DNA of 64,000 bases, from contig JAUCBJ010008725.1 in NCBI GenBank assembly GCA_032718475.1, forward strand, positions 1-64,000. The letters are read 5' to 3'. Source of the DNA: Nemertoderma westbladi. Lineage: Eukaryota; Animalia; Xenacoelomorpha. Position numbers and translations under genes: made by a program. The stretch's first letter is position 1. Each line of letters opens with the position of its first letter. Shown piece by piece: positions 1 to 11,089 of the stretch. The notes beneath the pieces were generated by a model. It was not told the origin of the DNA. It was given only the letters and a program-made list of their open reading frames with translations, and made no database searches.

Positions 1-138
1 ATAAGCAACGCTAGTTAGCTTGAGATTGAAAGAAACAATAAAAATTCTTACTCAACTGTACCGCAGTGTTGTCTTATTTTTACGGTAATGTATTCCAGTT
101 TCTTCTTTAGTTTAATTGTTAATATAACCATGTATATT

Positions 139-820
139 GGTACTTTTTTACTTTACCCCCCTACCCGGATTTTTTGCATGTCCATTTTTTGCCGTTTTTT
201 CTATTGGATGTTGTTTCCCAACACTTCATGAATCCATTGGAAAAAAAATTTTGTTCTAGAGCAAGCTATTATTGCTATTTAGGCATAGTTCTGAAATATC
301 AATGTTCTCACATTTTGTTTTTATAATTTAAAAAATACTTAGCTAGTAAAAAAAACCACGAGCTACCTTAATAAATAATATCTTGTAAATGTATACAACA
401 CTTAATCAATAACAAAAATAGAAAAAATACCGTATTTTTTAAATTTCGAAAAATACTAGCTAGTAAAAAAAAACACTAGCTTCCATCAAAAAAATATATC
501 TACTAATGTTCTAGAGATATATGTTCTAAGAGATATTTAAATACAGTTTTCTAGAATATAGAATTCTATAGTAACAGCGCAAATAATGTCAAATTACCAA
601 ATAAACAAATATTATATTTGCTAAAGTCGGTAGCTATAAACATAGCTACAGTAGTAACAATAGATAGTGTTCTACTGTAGAACAAAATTTTTTTCAACAA
701 AAGCATGAAGTGTTGGTGAACAATATTCAATTGACAAAAATTCACAAAATAGTGAGTGGAGAAATATGTGGGGTGGGTGGGGGAGGGGGGGGGGGGGGGG
801 GGGTAAAGTAAAAACGTACC
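139..820. mobile_element. Non-autonomous TIR element (MITE), Merlin-like or hAT-like by its termini and TSD
   Basis: Imperfect inverted ends GGTACTTTTTTACTTTACCCCCC (139) and GGGGTAAAGTAAAAACGTACC (820), with internal inverted blocks CAACACTTCATG/CATGAAGTGTTG. 8-bp direct repeat TGTATATT at 131-138 and 821-828. Confidence 0.75.
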
Positions 821-888
821 TGTATATTTATTATATTGCCAATCAATTAATTTTTAATTAATTAACGGGAGTAAAATATAACAACAAT

Positions 889-2736
889 ATGGCTTCTACT
901 TCTACAAGTAGAAAGGTAACATTCGTCGTCCAAAATATGGGCCTTATGTGTCCAATTACCATCAAGAGGAATAGGACTATGGCTGAACTCCGAAAAATGA
1001 TTTTCAGGTATTTTGGAGTCCCCAGTGACTCGCAAGTGATACTGGGACTTCCAATAGACAGTTTAATCAGCAACTCCCCCATATCTACATTCGGATTCGC
1101 CAACACAGTTGATATAGAGTTGATCACCGGTGATGATTGGCCTTACCCGCTGGGAGGGGATTTCACAGTGAGTGGGGATTCATCAGTGAGTGGGGATTCT
1201 TCAGGAGGAGATCCATCAGCAGGGGATCCATCAGCAGGGGATTCATCAGCAGGGGATTCATCAGCAGGGGATTCATTCGTGAGAGGGGATTCATCAGTGA
1301 GTGGGGTTTCATCAGTGAGTGGGGATTCATCCGTGAGAGGGGATTCATCAGTGAGTGGGGTTTCATCAGTGAGTGGGGATTCATCAGTGAGTGGGGATTC
1401 ATCAGCAGGGGATTCATCCGTGAGAGGGGATTCATCAGTGAGTGGGGTTTCATCAGTGAGTGGGGATTCAACCGTGAGAGGGGAATCATCAGTGAGTGGG
1501 GTTTCATCAGTGAGTGGGGATTCTTCAGCAGGGGATTCATCAGTGAGTGGGGATTCATCAGTGAGTGGGAATTCTTCAGGAGGGGATCCATCAGCAGGGG
1601 ATTCATCCGTGAGTGGGGATTCATCAATGAGTCGGAATTCATTAGAGGGGATTCACTCGCCAGTGGGTGATGTGTCTTACGGTACCTCGCGTTACTTACA
1701 ACGAGACGTTCTTGCTGCCTTTGCGAGGACGTTAAATGCCAAATATGGGGCATATATCACAAAACATCTATCGGAAGCCGTTACTGCGGCCACTTCCTCC
1801 CCGACGCTCAATCAGAAAGGCATCGCTATTTACCTACACAATAACCAGAGTAAAGTATCCGAAGTATTCTGCGATCAGGTTCTTTGCGACGATGATGTCT
1901 TCTCCTTTTTAACCACCAAATTCGTTTTATGGTCCTGGGATGTTAGTTCCGGGTTGGATCACCTCTTATCGATACTCTATCAGGAATTTGTTGAAATTAA
2001 TGGTTTGGATTACTTGACTAACAACATTACGACAGATGAATTTCCATTGCTTTTCATTCTGTACGCTACACATAGTGGCGAAGCGGAAATAATCTCTGTA
2101 ATAAAGCCATCGCTTACAAGTAGGGAATACCTTAATGATCTAAAGATAGCAAATGCTGTTTATGTGGAGTTAAGGGAGGAAGCTAATATTCGAGCGACGG
2201 AACGACGCCGTCACGATGAATTGGCATTGAAGGTGAGAGAAAGACAAGCTAGAGCAGCTCTAATGGCTGAGCAGAAGAAAGAGTACAGTGAATCATTAGA
2301 GGTGGATAAAAAGAAATTGGAAAGACAAAGGAGGAAAATACAGGAGGAAGTTACTATGAGGCGATATAAAAAGAAGTTAATGGAGGAGGTAGAACAAACC
2401 AGAAAAAACCGGGAGTCTCGGGTGCAATCACTCGCACATATGCGGAAGGAGGAGCCCCCCTGGGGTGTACCCGGAGTCTATAAGCTGCGGATACGGACGC
2501 CGAAAGGGCAGCTGGTCCGGAGGTTCTACGCGTCCGACCCATTGCAGACGCTCCTAGACTACATCGGGAGTCGTGGCTTCCTGTCGGACGAGTTCCGTGT
2601 GCTCACGCTGTTCCCCAAACGAGACCTAACGGAGGATGTTGATGGATCAGTAACGTTGGAGTCCTTGGGGTTGAATCAGGTCACTCTGACTGTGGAACGC
2701 AAGTGGAGCGACGAACAGGGTCCGTATAGCCCGTAG
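889..2736 (+). CDS. FAF1: FAF1/Caspar-like p97 cofactor (ubiquitin-like domain, Ser/Gly/Asp repeat, UAS, coiled coil, UBX), single exon
   Basis: 615-aa ORF. UAS-like segment AIYLHNNQSKVSEVFCDQVLC...FVLWSWDV, a charged coiled coil, and a C-terminal UBX domain LRIRTPKGQLVRRF...LTLFPKRDLT resembling FAF1. No N-terminal UBA domain is evident. Confidence 0.8.
   Translation: MASTSTSRKVTFVVQNMGLMCPITIKRNRTMAELRKMIFRYFGVPSDSQVILGLPIDSLISNSPISTFGFANTVDIELITGDDWPYPLGGDFTVSGDSSVSGDSSGGDPSAGDPSAGDSSAGDSSAGDSFVRGDSSVSGVSSVSGDSSVRGDSSVSGVSSVSGDSSVSGDSSAGDSSVRGDSSVSGVSSVSGDSTVRGESSVSGVSSVSGDSSAGDSSVSGDSSVSGNSSGGDPSAGDSSVSGDSSMSRNSLEGIHSPVGDVSYGTSRYLQRDVLAAFARTLNAKYGAYITKHLSEAVTAATSSPTLNQKGIAIYLHNNQSKVSEVFCDQVLCDDDVFSFLTTKFVLWSWDVSSGLDHLLSILYQEFVEINGLDYLTNNITTDEFPLLFILYATHSGEAEIISVIKPSLTSREYLNDLKIANAVYVELREEANIRATERRRHDELALKVRERQARAALMAEQKKEYSESLEVDKKKLERQRRKIQEEVTMRRYKKKLMEEVEQTRKNRESRVQSLAHMRKEEPPWGVPGVYKLRIRTPKGQLVRRFYASDPLQTLLDYIGSRGFLSDEFRVLTLFPKRDLTEDVDGSVTLESLGLNQVTLTVERKWSDEQGPYSP
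1165..1630 (+). repeat. In-frame 15/18-bp minisatellite encoding (SGDSSV/AGDSS)n
   Basis: Tandem GTGAGTGGGGATTCATCA and GCAGGGGATTCATCA units inside the ORF. Confidence 0.95.
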
Positions 2737-3209
2737 TCTGTCTGGGTTATTGACAGCAGGGTTGCAAAGAATGTCTTGAGGTTGGGTGCAGTTGCTATAC
2801 CCAGTTGTAAAACCAGGTACTTTATATTTGTTTACCACTTGATGTATCAATATTAAGGGTGATAAAGTATCATTTCCCATAAATATCTTTCGTATCGCCG
2901 CGGGGCGGGAGGGTGGGGTGCTGTAGTCTTTCGTAGTTATACAGTAGAAAGGTTAGGTTAACAGATATGTTGATGTTGAACCAACTCATTCACGGTACAA
3001 TCAACCTCTTTTATGTCAATGGTAAAGCGTTGCACTAAGCGTATGCCTTTATTTATAATGTATTGTACTTTTGGGCTGCAATATCTGGACCAGGCTGCTT
3101 CAGAGCGGAATATTTGAGCACAGCTTCTTTATGAGAATGTGACTTCTTCAATGTGACTCCTTCAATGTGGCTTCTTCAATGTGGCTTCTTCAGTTTTAAC
3201 CTGAGGCCT

Positions 3210-5328
3210 ACTGCCGTCTTAAGGCAAAATACCCTATCTTCATAAATCGTGTTTTGAGTAATTTAACGAAACGCGTTTTCTTCTACAAGTATATTATACA
3301 GCTGCCTGGATACCAGAATTTGAACTGCAAGTCACCCAAATATACTAACTTAGAATTTCAAATGCGAGATACACAATTTTTGTAAATTGGGAGCTTAAAA
3401 AATGCTGAAAAGATTTTATAGGGTGTTTTGCCTCGAAAATGTTGGCGACAAATGAAACTGAAAGCTGATATATGTAGGGTGTTTTGTCTATCAAGAGTTC
3501 GAGTCAAATAGTTTAATATCTTCAAATAATAATAATGCAGGGTGGAAATTATACATGGAATTTTGTAGTTAAGGGTTGGGTTTTGGTAAATAATGCAAAT
3601 TATAATTCAAAAACATGAGATAAACAGCTGATAATTTCTGTATAATTGGTTGCCTGGTAACGTCGTCATGGTTACCATTCCATGAATATAAAGTACTCAA
3701 ACTAAACTCTGGGCAATCGATTATAGTTACATATTTGCCCGTAAAATTTTTAGAAATATTCTAGCTAGCTACTGTATAACCATGTGACCAGTTTTCCAAA
3801 ACCTAGTTCGCCAAAATCAAACTCAGTCTAATTTGCCTACTAGTGCAGTCCTTCATTATTATTTACATGTTCAGTTCACCATCACACTTTAACTAACGAA
3901 TTCCAAAAACCAATTATATTTCTTGGAATTATTTGCCAAAGTCGTTGAATCAATTCATTGACTCTGTCTATGGGAACTCATTTGGGTTGTGCCAGTGGAC
4001 GTGGGATGCCCATAGTGGCATTGCGCTTCAATAAGTTGACTCCACACAGCCACATATCCTTCCCACAGCCACATATCCTTCCCACAGCCACATATCCTCC
4101 CGACACAGCCACATATCCTCCCCACACAGCCACATATCCTCCCCACACAGCCACACATCTTCCCCACAATCACATATCCTCCCCACACAGCCACATATCT
4201 TCCCCAGTCACATATCCTCACCACACAGCCACATATCTTCCCCACACAGCCACATATCATCCCCACACAGCCACATATCTTCCCCACAGCCACATATCCT
4301 CCCCACACAGCCACATATCCTCCCCACACAGTCACATATCTTCCCCACAGTCACATATCCTCCCCACACAGCCACATATCTTCCCCACACAGCCACATAT
4401 CCTCCCCACACAGCCGCATATCTTCCCCACACAGCCATATATCCTCCCCACACAGCCACATATCTTCCCCACAGTCACATATCCTCCCCACACAGCCACA
4501 TATCTTCCCCACACAGCCACATATCCTTCCCACACAGCCACATATCCTCTCCACAGCCACATATCCTCCACACACAGCCACATATCCTCCCCACACAGCC
4601 ACATATCTTCACCACAGTCACATGTCCTCCCCACAGCCACATATCTTCGACACAGCCACATATCCCCCCACACAGCCACAAATCCTCCCCACACAGCCAC
4701 ATATCCTCCACACACAGCCACATTTCTTCCCCACAGCCACATATCCTCCCCACACAGCCACATATCCTCCGCACAGCCACATATCCTCCCCACAGTACAC
4801 TGTCACCTGAGCTAAAACACCACCTCCGATATTCTCATCCAAGTTGAAGCCGTAAAACGTGTCTTCCAGTTCCATTGGTTTTGAATATTCCTATTCGACT
4901 GAATTGAGATTCTATAGTCAGTAATAAGTAGAAAATCTTTCCTAGGGTATTTTGCCCACATGTATATGCGAACAAACTGAAATTTCCACCAATATCTACG
5001 CATACGTAATAGGAAAAAACACTATTACAGTATAAGTTTTTCTAAGGAAAAACACCCTACCTTTAAAATGCAAGGTAAACTGAATACAAGTGTTACTAAG
5101 GCAAAATACCTACCCTACAGTATGTACCAGATTTTAGACGTAGGGTGTTTTGCCTTTAAATGATAGGGCTGAGGATCAAGCATAGGGTGTTTTAAACTCG
5201 CAGATAATGACTTTCTTGCATATAAACCATGGTATTTCTTGGTTTCATTTGAAAGAGCGCCTTAAATTAGGCCGGTCTGTACAATAAAAAAAATTTCAGA
5301 TAGGGCATTCTGCCTTATGACGGCAGTG
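3210..5328. mobile_element. Non-autonomous TIR DNA transposon carrying an internal minisatellite
   Basis: Left ACTGCCGTCTTAAGGCAAAATACCCTATCT versus right AGATAGGGCATTCTGCCTTATGACGGCAGTG (about 30-bp imperfect inverted repeat). Internal TAGGGTGTTTTGCC motifs recur. TSD is unclear (TA at both ends). Confidence 0.65.
4042..4795. repeat. 19/21-bp minisatellite (CACAGCCACATATCCTCCCCA)n
   Basis: Directly visible tandem units; they explain the repetitive ORFs on both strands. Confidence 0.95.
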
Positions 5329-6861
5329 TAGGACAGTAATCCATTTGTATCGGTCGAATAAAGACGGCGGGCATGTTCTTCGTCTCTTCTTTTTACCTTC
5401 GCCACAAACTTGTACAGCTGATGTGCTGAGTTGTTACATCACAGGCACCACAGGAATGTAGACCTACTGTATGGTTGGTCTATGGCCTATAGACTGTATG
5501 GTTGGAGCAGTTAGGGGTTTTGATATAATCTTTCCAGTCATAAGTGTGGGGATTGTTACTTTGGGGACCGTTTTTGCATTGCAACGGTTTCTAATTGTTA
5601 TTCCACAGCTGCGTACCGGTACCTATTGCTTGACTTCCTTATTTTGTTATAGAGTGACTACTGACTGTCTGACCATATGGTTTCCCTCAATTGCTAAAGT
5701 GGTCGTTTATTGTTTTGTTTTGAAAAGCCTGCATACTGTATGTCTGTATGTAGTAACCTGCTCCTTTCTATCAATTAGTAAATTGGCCGTTTATTGTTTT
5801 GCTTAGAAAAGCCTGCCTATGTAACCTGCTCCTTTGCATCAATTTGTTTATGACGTGTGTTGCGTATTTATGAAAAAAAAAATGTTTATGAAAAAAATTG
5901 TAAAGTGTTTCATAAAATAAGCGGTACATATATAAAAGTGTTTCATACAACGGACCCGAATGTAATTAAACCCATTTAAGTGTTGAATTAACTTTATCCT
6001 TTGTAACAAACAGACTGAGATCCATCCTTAATTTACTTGTATCAGTTTGCTGTGAAACATTAGCTGAATCCCTTACAGATTTAACATCCACAGTGGCTGC
6101 GAAAAAATCCCCAATATTTGTTGATGTCATATTCAATGGCTCACCGCTACTTTTGGGCGTATTAGAATTAATACGTAGGGATCGCGAATTAATATAAATT
6201 AAGGAGTATATAGGAAAATTGTGTTTTTAGTGTAAAATTTAACAAATAAATCACAATTATAAAAGAAAAAGAAAGTTAGTCAATGGACCGGTATCAGGCA
6301 GCCGCCTAAGGCAGGAGAAAAATAACTCATTTTATTTTACAAAAATATGTTTCAGTTACTTTTAATTAAAATTAATTAACAAAGTAAAACATATCGAGTA
6401 GTAACTGGGTAGTTTATAGAAAAATACCTTTAAAATTGTCAAATATTTGGTTTTTTATTGTCCCCACTAATTAATAGGCGGTTAGCTAAAGCTTATGAAC
6501 CCCCCCCCCCCCCCCCCCACGTTACATATTTTGAATTTGCTAATGTCATAATGTAGAGGTAAACCCTCAGTTTTTTTTTTACAAATTTAAGTTTGTGAGA
6601 TAAAATGCAAAATTACCAACCGAAACTATAAAACTAGAATGTAACCAAAACCAATACATTTAGTAACTACAATTATAAGCCCCTATAAGGTATTTTAAAT
6701 TCGTAAATAATTTTTATTTACGATTATTTATAATTAAAGTAGCGTATTAACAAGTCAGTTACAATACTAGATACTACTGAGTGCCCATAATGCAAGCCAC
6801 GGAAAAATAATACTTTAGGCCTACAAAGGTTTAATATACTGTATTGTATCACCATTATTAG

Positions 6862-7335
6862 TGGAAGCCCTATTATACGCTCACTGGGATATCCCAGCCG
6901 TCTAGTCAGACATCCAATAGAATCAACTCACCGTCTATGTGTCTCCTTATGTCTGTGCCACTAATAAACTGCATACACCCCATGTTAAACAAATACATGT
7001 TCTGGAATGAATATCATCGACATTGGCTGCCGCTCCCGTTGACTACTAAGGGCCCTCCTATTTATTTTGTTTCACTGATATTGTTAACATTCTATACATA
7101 CACAGTTACAATACATGTTAGCATTCATTGGATGGAAGCCCTGTCCACTGGACAGCACACTCATGGGGCTTCCCCAACACGCAGTCGGTTTCTCCAGTGG
7201 CCAGACAACCAATAGAATCAAACCATGTTAACTTCACTACGGTATGTTTATCCTTGTTTCTGCCACTAAGCACTGACGGATTCACCCAATGTTAAATAAA
7301 TAGATGTTCTGGAATGAATATTTATAACATGGGCT
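6862..7335. repeat. Diverged local direct duplication (two copies about 270-300 bp apart)
   Basis: GGAAGCCCT...CCAATAGAATCAA...TGTTCTGGAATGAATAT occurs at about 6862-7015 and 7133-7322. Confidence 0.6.
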
Positions 7336-7610
7336 AGTTATATAAATAACGGTAGATACAGTAATACCATTGTTGTTCCAAGACATAGGTGATTTAATAA
7401 TAAAATAGTTTGTAAGTGGTTTATTCAGTTTATAATAAAATAATGTATTTTTTCATTTTTAATTATTATTTACAATAATTATTTTTTAATGTAGTCCTAT
7501 TTATTCTGATTTTTTTTTATAAGGGAGTGTGGCTAAAGCCCCTTAGAATAAACCATAAGCAATTGAGGATGAAGCTGTGTACAGCTGATCGATTATCAGA
7601 ATGGAGATGT

Positions 7611-8845
7611 TAGATAGATAGATTTATTTATACATTATGTAAAAACAATAACAAATACACCAAACAATGTACCGGTATAAAGGTATTGTCCAACATAAAC
7701 ATATAGGATTACCCCTAAAGCTTTGCAGCTTATTTCCAAGGGGGTCCTTTATGTTACTTGGTTACAAGTACAATATTACACTACGCTAACCTAAAACCAA
7801 TATAAACGTAATTACACTATGTACATGTACAACTTTACCGAGAGCGTGACAATGTCCGACTCAACGATAAAGATGTAATGTACAGAACAATTTAATATAA
7901 AACGTAATTACAGTATAAATAGTAAATAATTAATAAACTAATAACTTACTGTAGGACTATTGTACCTATTTTTACATTGCACGCGGAGGTGAGATTTAAC
8001 TGCAGATTTAAAAGAATGTTGATTATATAGGTTTTTAATTTCATTTGGCAGAGCGTTCCAATTTTTAATGCCGTTAAAAAAGAAAGTATCAAATTCAAAG
8101 GATTTACAATTCGGGAGGTAGAAGTTTGAAGCACTAGCTCTGGTACTGTAAGAGTGTGTATCGCGCACTCTGTTGAATTTTTGTTTTAGGTAATTGGGAC
8201 ATTTACCATTATACACTTTATACACATGGTTAAGGCGTAGCTGCTTAACTCTACTATCTAAGTTAAGTAGTCCAGATTCAGAAAAGTCATCTGGAGTTAG
8301 GTGGTGTCTAGGTTTGTAGTCTTTAATAAATCGTACTACTTTATTCTGAGCTACTTGTAATTTACATTTAAGCTGTTTGGTTAAGCCTTCATACCAAGAA
8401 GAGCACGCATAGTCCATGTGACACTGTATTAAAGAAGAGCAAAGTAACTTGCGGGAGTCGGTATTTAAACTATTTTTATTTCTGTATAGAAACCTAAGCC
8501 TACTGTTAACTTTCGAGAAAATATTTTTCACTGTGCTTTCTCCTGATAAGCAGTTATCCAATGTGGCGCCTAAATATTTAACTTCCTTTTTATTTTCAAT
8601 CTTATGTCCATTACTAGTGACTTCAAACTTAGTTACCTTCTTTAACTTTCTTTTGGAACCAAACAAAATACTTTCAGTCTTACCGTAGTGAATGGATAGC
8701 TTATTATCAACCAACCACTCATTACAGGATTCTAGAACTGCACTTAACTTTTGGGAAATATGGATAGGATCTTTATGAGAGAAAATAAGAGCACTGTCGT
8801 CGGCATATAAAATGAGTTTAAAATCGGTATTGGATGTTGGTATGT
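7611..8845 (-). mobile_element. 5'-truncated CR1/L2-type LINE (RT C-terminal half and 3' UTR)
   Basis: The minus strand reads FKLILYADDS at about 8795-8825 and continues into the 258-aa ORF (NKLSIHYGKTE, VKYLG, DYACSSW, QNKVVRF). The 3' end is AATAAA followed by (TCTA)n at 7611-7630. Confidence 0.85.
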
Positions 8846-8849
8846 AGAT

Positions 8850-9237
8850 TCTAAATTCCCGTGCGTGCGAGTATGAGTCTAAATTCCTGTGCGAGTATGA
8901 GTCTAAATCCCCGTGTGAGTATGAGTCTAAATTCCCGTGCGTGCGAGTATGAGTCTAAATTCCCGTGTGAGTATGAGTCTAAATTCCCGTGCGTGCGAGT
9001 ATGAGTCTAAATTCCCGTGTGAGTATGAGTCTAATTACCGTGTAAGCATTAGTCTAAATTCCCGTGTGAGTATGAGTTTGAGTCTAAATTCCCGTATGAG
9101 CATGAGTCTAAATTCCCGTGCGAGTATGAGTCTAAATTCCCGTGTGAGTATGAGTCTAAATTCCCGTATGAGTGTGAGTCTAAATTCCCGTGTGAGTATT
9201 AGTCTAAATTCCCGTGTTAGTGAGAATGAGTCTAAAC
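8850..9237. repeat. About 21-27-bp minisatellite (GAGTATGAGTCTAAATTCCCGT) fused to the LINE truncation point
   Basis: Tandem units begin within a few bases of where LINE homology ends. Confidence 0.9.
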
Positions 9238-10085
9238 TGTACAGCTGTAGGTCTAGATCCCTAGATGTAGTGCTGTAATACAGTAATACGGAATACTGGT
9301 CAGTTTGCTGATTTGAATTTGAACTTCTGAACTTGAGAGTGTAGTTCTGACTGTGGACTCTACACTGTCAGTCTGTCATCTGTAGGCTGGTAGGTGGTAG
9401 GCCTACCGACTGTCGACCGCACGACCGGTATGACTGACTGACTGATCGGTAGCCTTTTTAAAGCAAGCCTACATACCTACCGAAACCGAATACCGGTACC
9501 GAATATTTAAAGATTTGACACTAAAGCTGTAAAGTGCCAAAGTCATAACATTCAATTTTAATTTTAAATGTCAGTCGGTCTGTCGGTGATATTCTGATAT
9601 AGGCGATTTTGGACTTGATCCAATTTTCTGATTTTGGAACTTGCTAAGTCAAAATTGGACTTCCATTCCAATATCGGAATTAAATTTGATATGAATTACA
9701 ACTGTACCGGTACAGTGAATTTTCCACGGCCTACAATTTTTTCAGATGGGATCTGAAATTTAACCTACATAATCTTTACTACAAAATAAGAGTTTTAACC
9801 GTGCACGAAACAATTCCACGGTGCACCACAAAGACAACCGACATTTAAAGTTTTGCTCATCCAACAGTCCAATTTTGGACTTTAAGGTCTAATTTTGTCT
9901 TTCCACCTGTCCACTGTTAGTTAGGATTTAGGAAGGCAGGAAGGGATCTAGGGCTGTGCACTGTTCAGCTGTAGGGGTCTTAACCTCTACAGCTCTAATG
10001 ATAAGTTTATTTTACCGAAAATAACTTATCCTTTATTGGCGCAATTGTAGAACTAATCCCATCACATTACGTTTTGCGTAGGCCT

Positions 10086-10359
10086 ACTTTTTAACCGGGC
10101 AGCTGTACTGCTGTGTATTGCTGTATTGTACAAATTTAGCAATCGCGTAATTTTTCTTGAAATAAATATCTCATATCTCTCCAAACCACGTACCGGTACG
10201 CGTTTTGACCTTACTGCAGTACTGGGTCTCATCAGCCAGTCGGCGTGGTGTCGGATTCGAACCTGGCAGCCTGGGACCTCGAGGTGGAAGCCGAGACTAC
10301 AACCACTAGGGCCTACTGCACTACAGCACTATGCTTAGGCCAATACCCGGTTAAAAAGT
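10086..10359. mobile_element. Small TIR element in the left foldback arm, containing a tRNA-like segment
   Basis: ACTTTTTAACCGGG...CCCGGTTAAAAAGT inverted ends; absent from the right arm. The minus strand at about 10243-10318 has an A-box-like TAGGCCCTAGTGG and a B-box GGTTCGAATCC. Confidence 0.5.
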
Positions 10360-11089
10360 CAATAGTATCTACATCATTGTCCAGAATAGGGTGTTTCCCT
10401 TCACTTCTATGGGGCTTTCTATTATTCCTACCTGTCCCAAATACGTTGTCTAATGATTTCCAACCTGTCCAATATAGGGGCATCCAATCAAATCATCATA
10501 TGAGCCAACTCCTCTTCATCTGACCAATATCAACATTCCTAAAGTTAGGCATCCTCCTTATTGGCTATATAATGTAAAGGTTAATGGAAAATTCCACTGA
10601 TATATAATCCAAGTGTCAACTACGAATCCAGGGCTCATTATAACAACCTATACTGGACAGAGCAACGTATATGGGACAAGAGCTGGTTGAGGTATATGTA
10701 CAGTGGAAATTCCCATTCTAAATAAGGGCATTTGGAATACTTGTTCCCTAGTTATGGTTAAAGATATACTGTGGGTGCCTTGCAAATGGCCTGTAAGACT
10801 GTGATGCATTATAGGCTATGGTGTCATCATAGTCACGTTATTTAATTTCATGTTGTACAATTTATTCATATTGTGCAATTTATCATGTTGTGCAATTTAT
10901 TCATTGTGCAATTTATTCATTGTGCAATTTATTCATTGTGCAATTTATTCATGTGGTGCAATTTATTCACTTATAATAAATCTAAATACATTCGTATATT
11001 AATAATTAAATGACAATCAAATTAGTGATATCGCAACCTCCTCCCCCGGACTCAACTTCATCCCATATAGTCCTTAATAAGTCTTAAAT

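Noticed and set aside
3955-4875. His/Pro-rich and Cys/Gly-rich ORFs
   Set aside because: Derived from a mixed 19/21-bp repeat that shifts frame continually inside a TIR element.
10243-10318. Possible tRNA gene on the minus strand
   Set aside because: It has A/B-box-like motifs, but I could not fold a clean cloverleaf and it lies in a mobile element. Treated as a tRNA-derived fragment.
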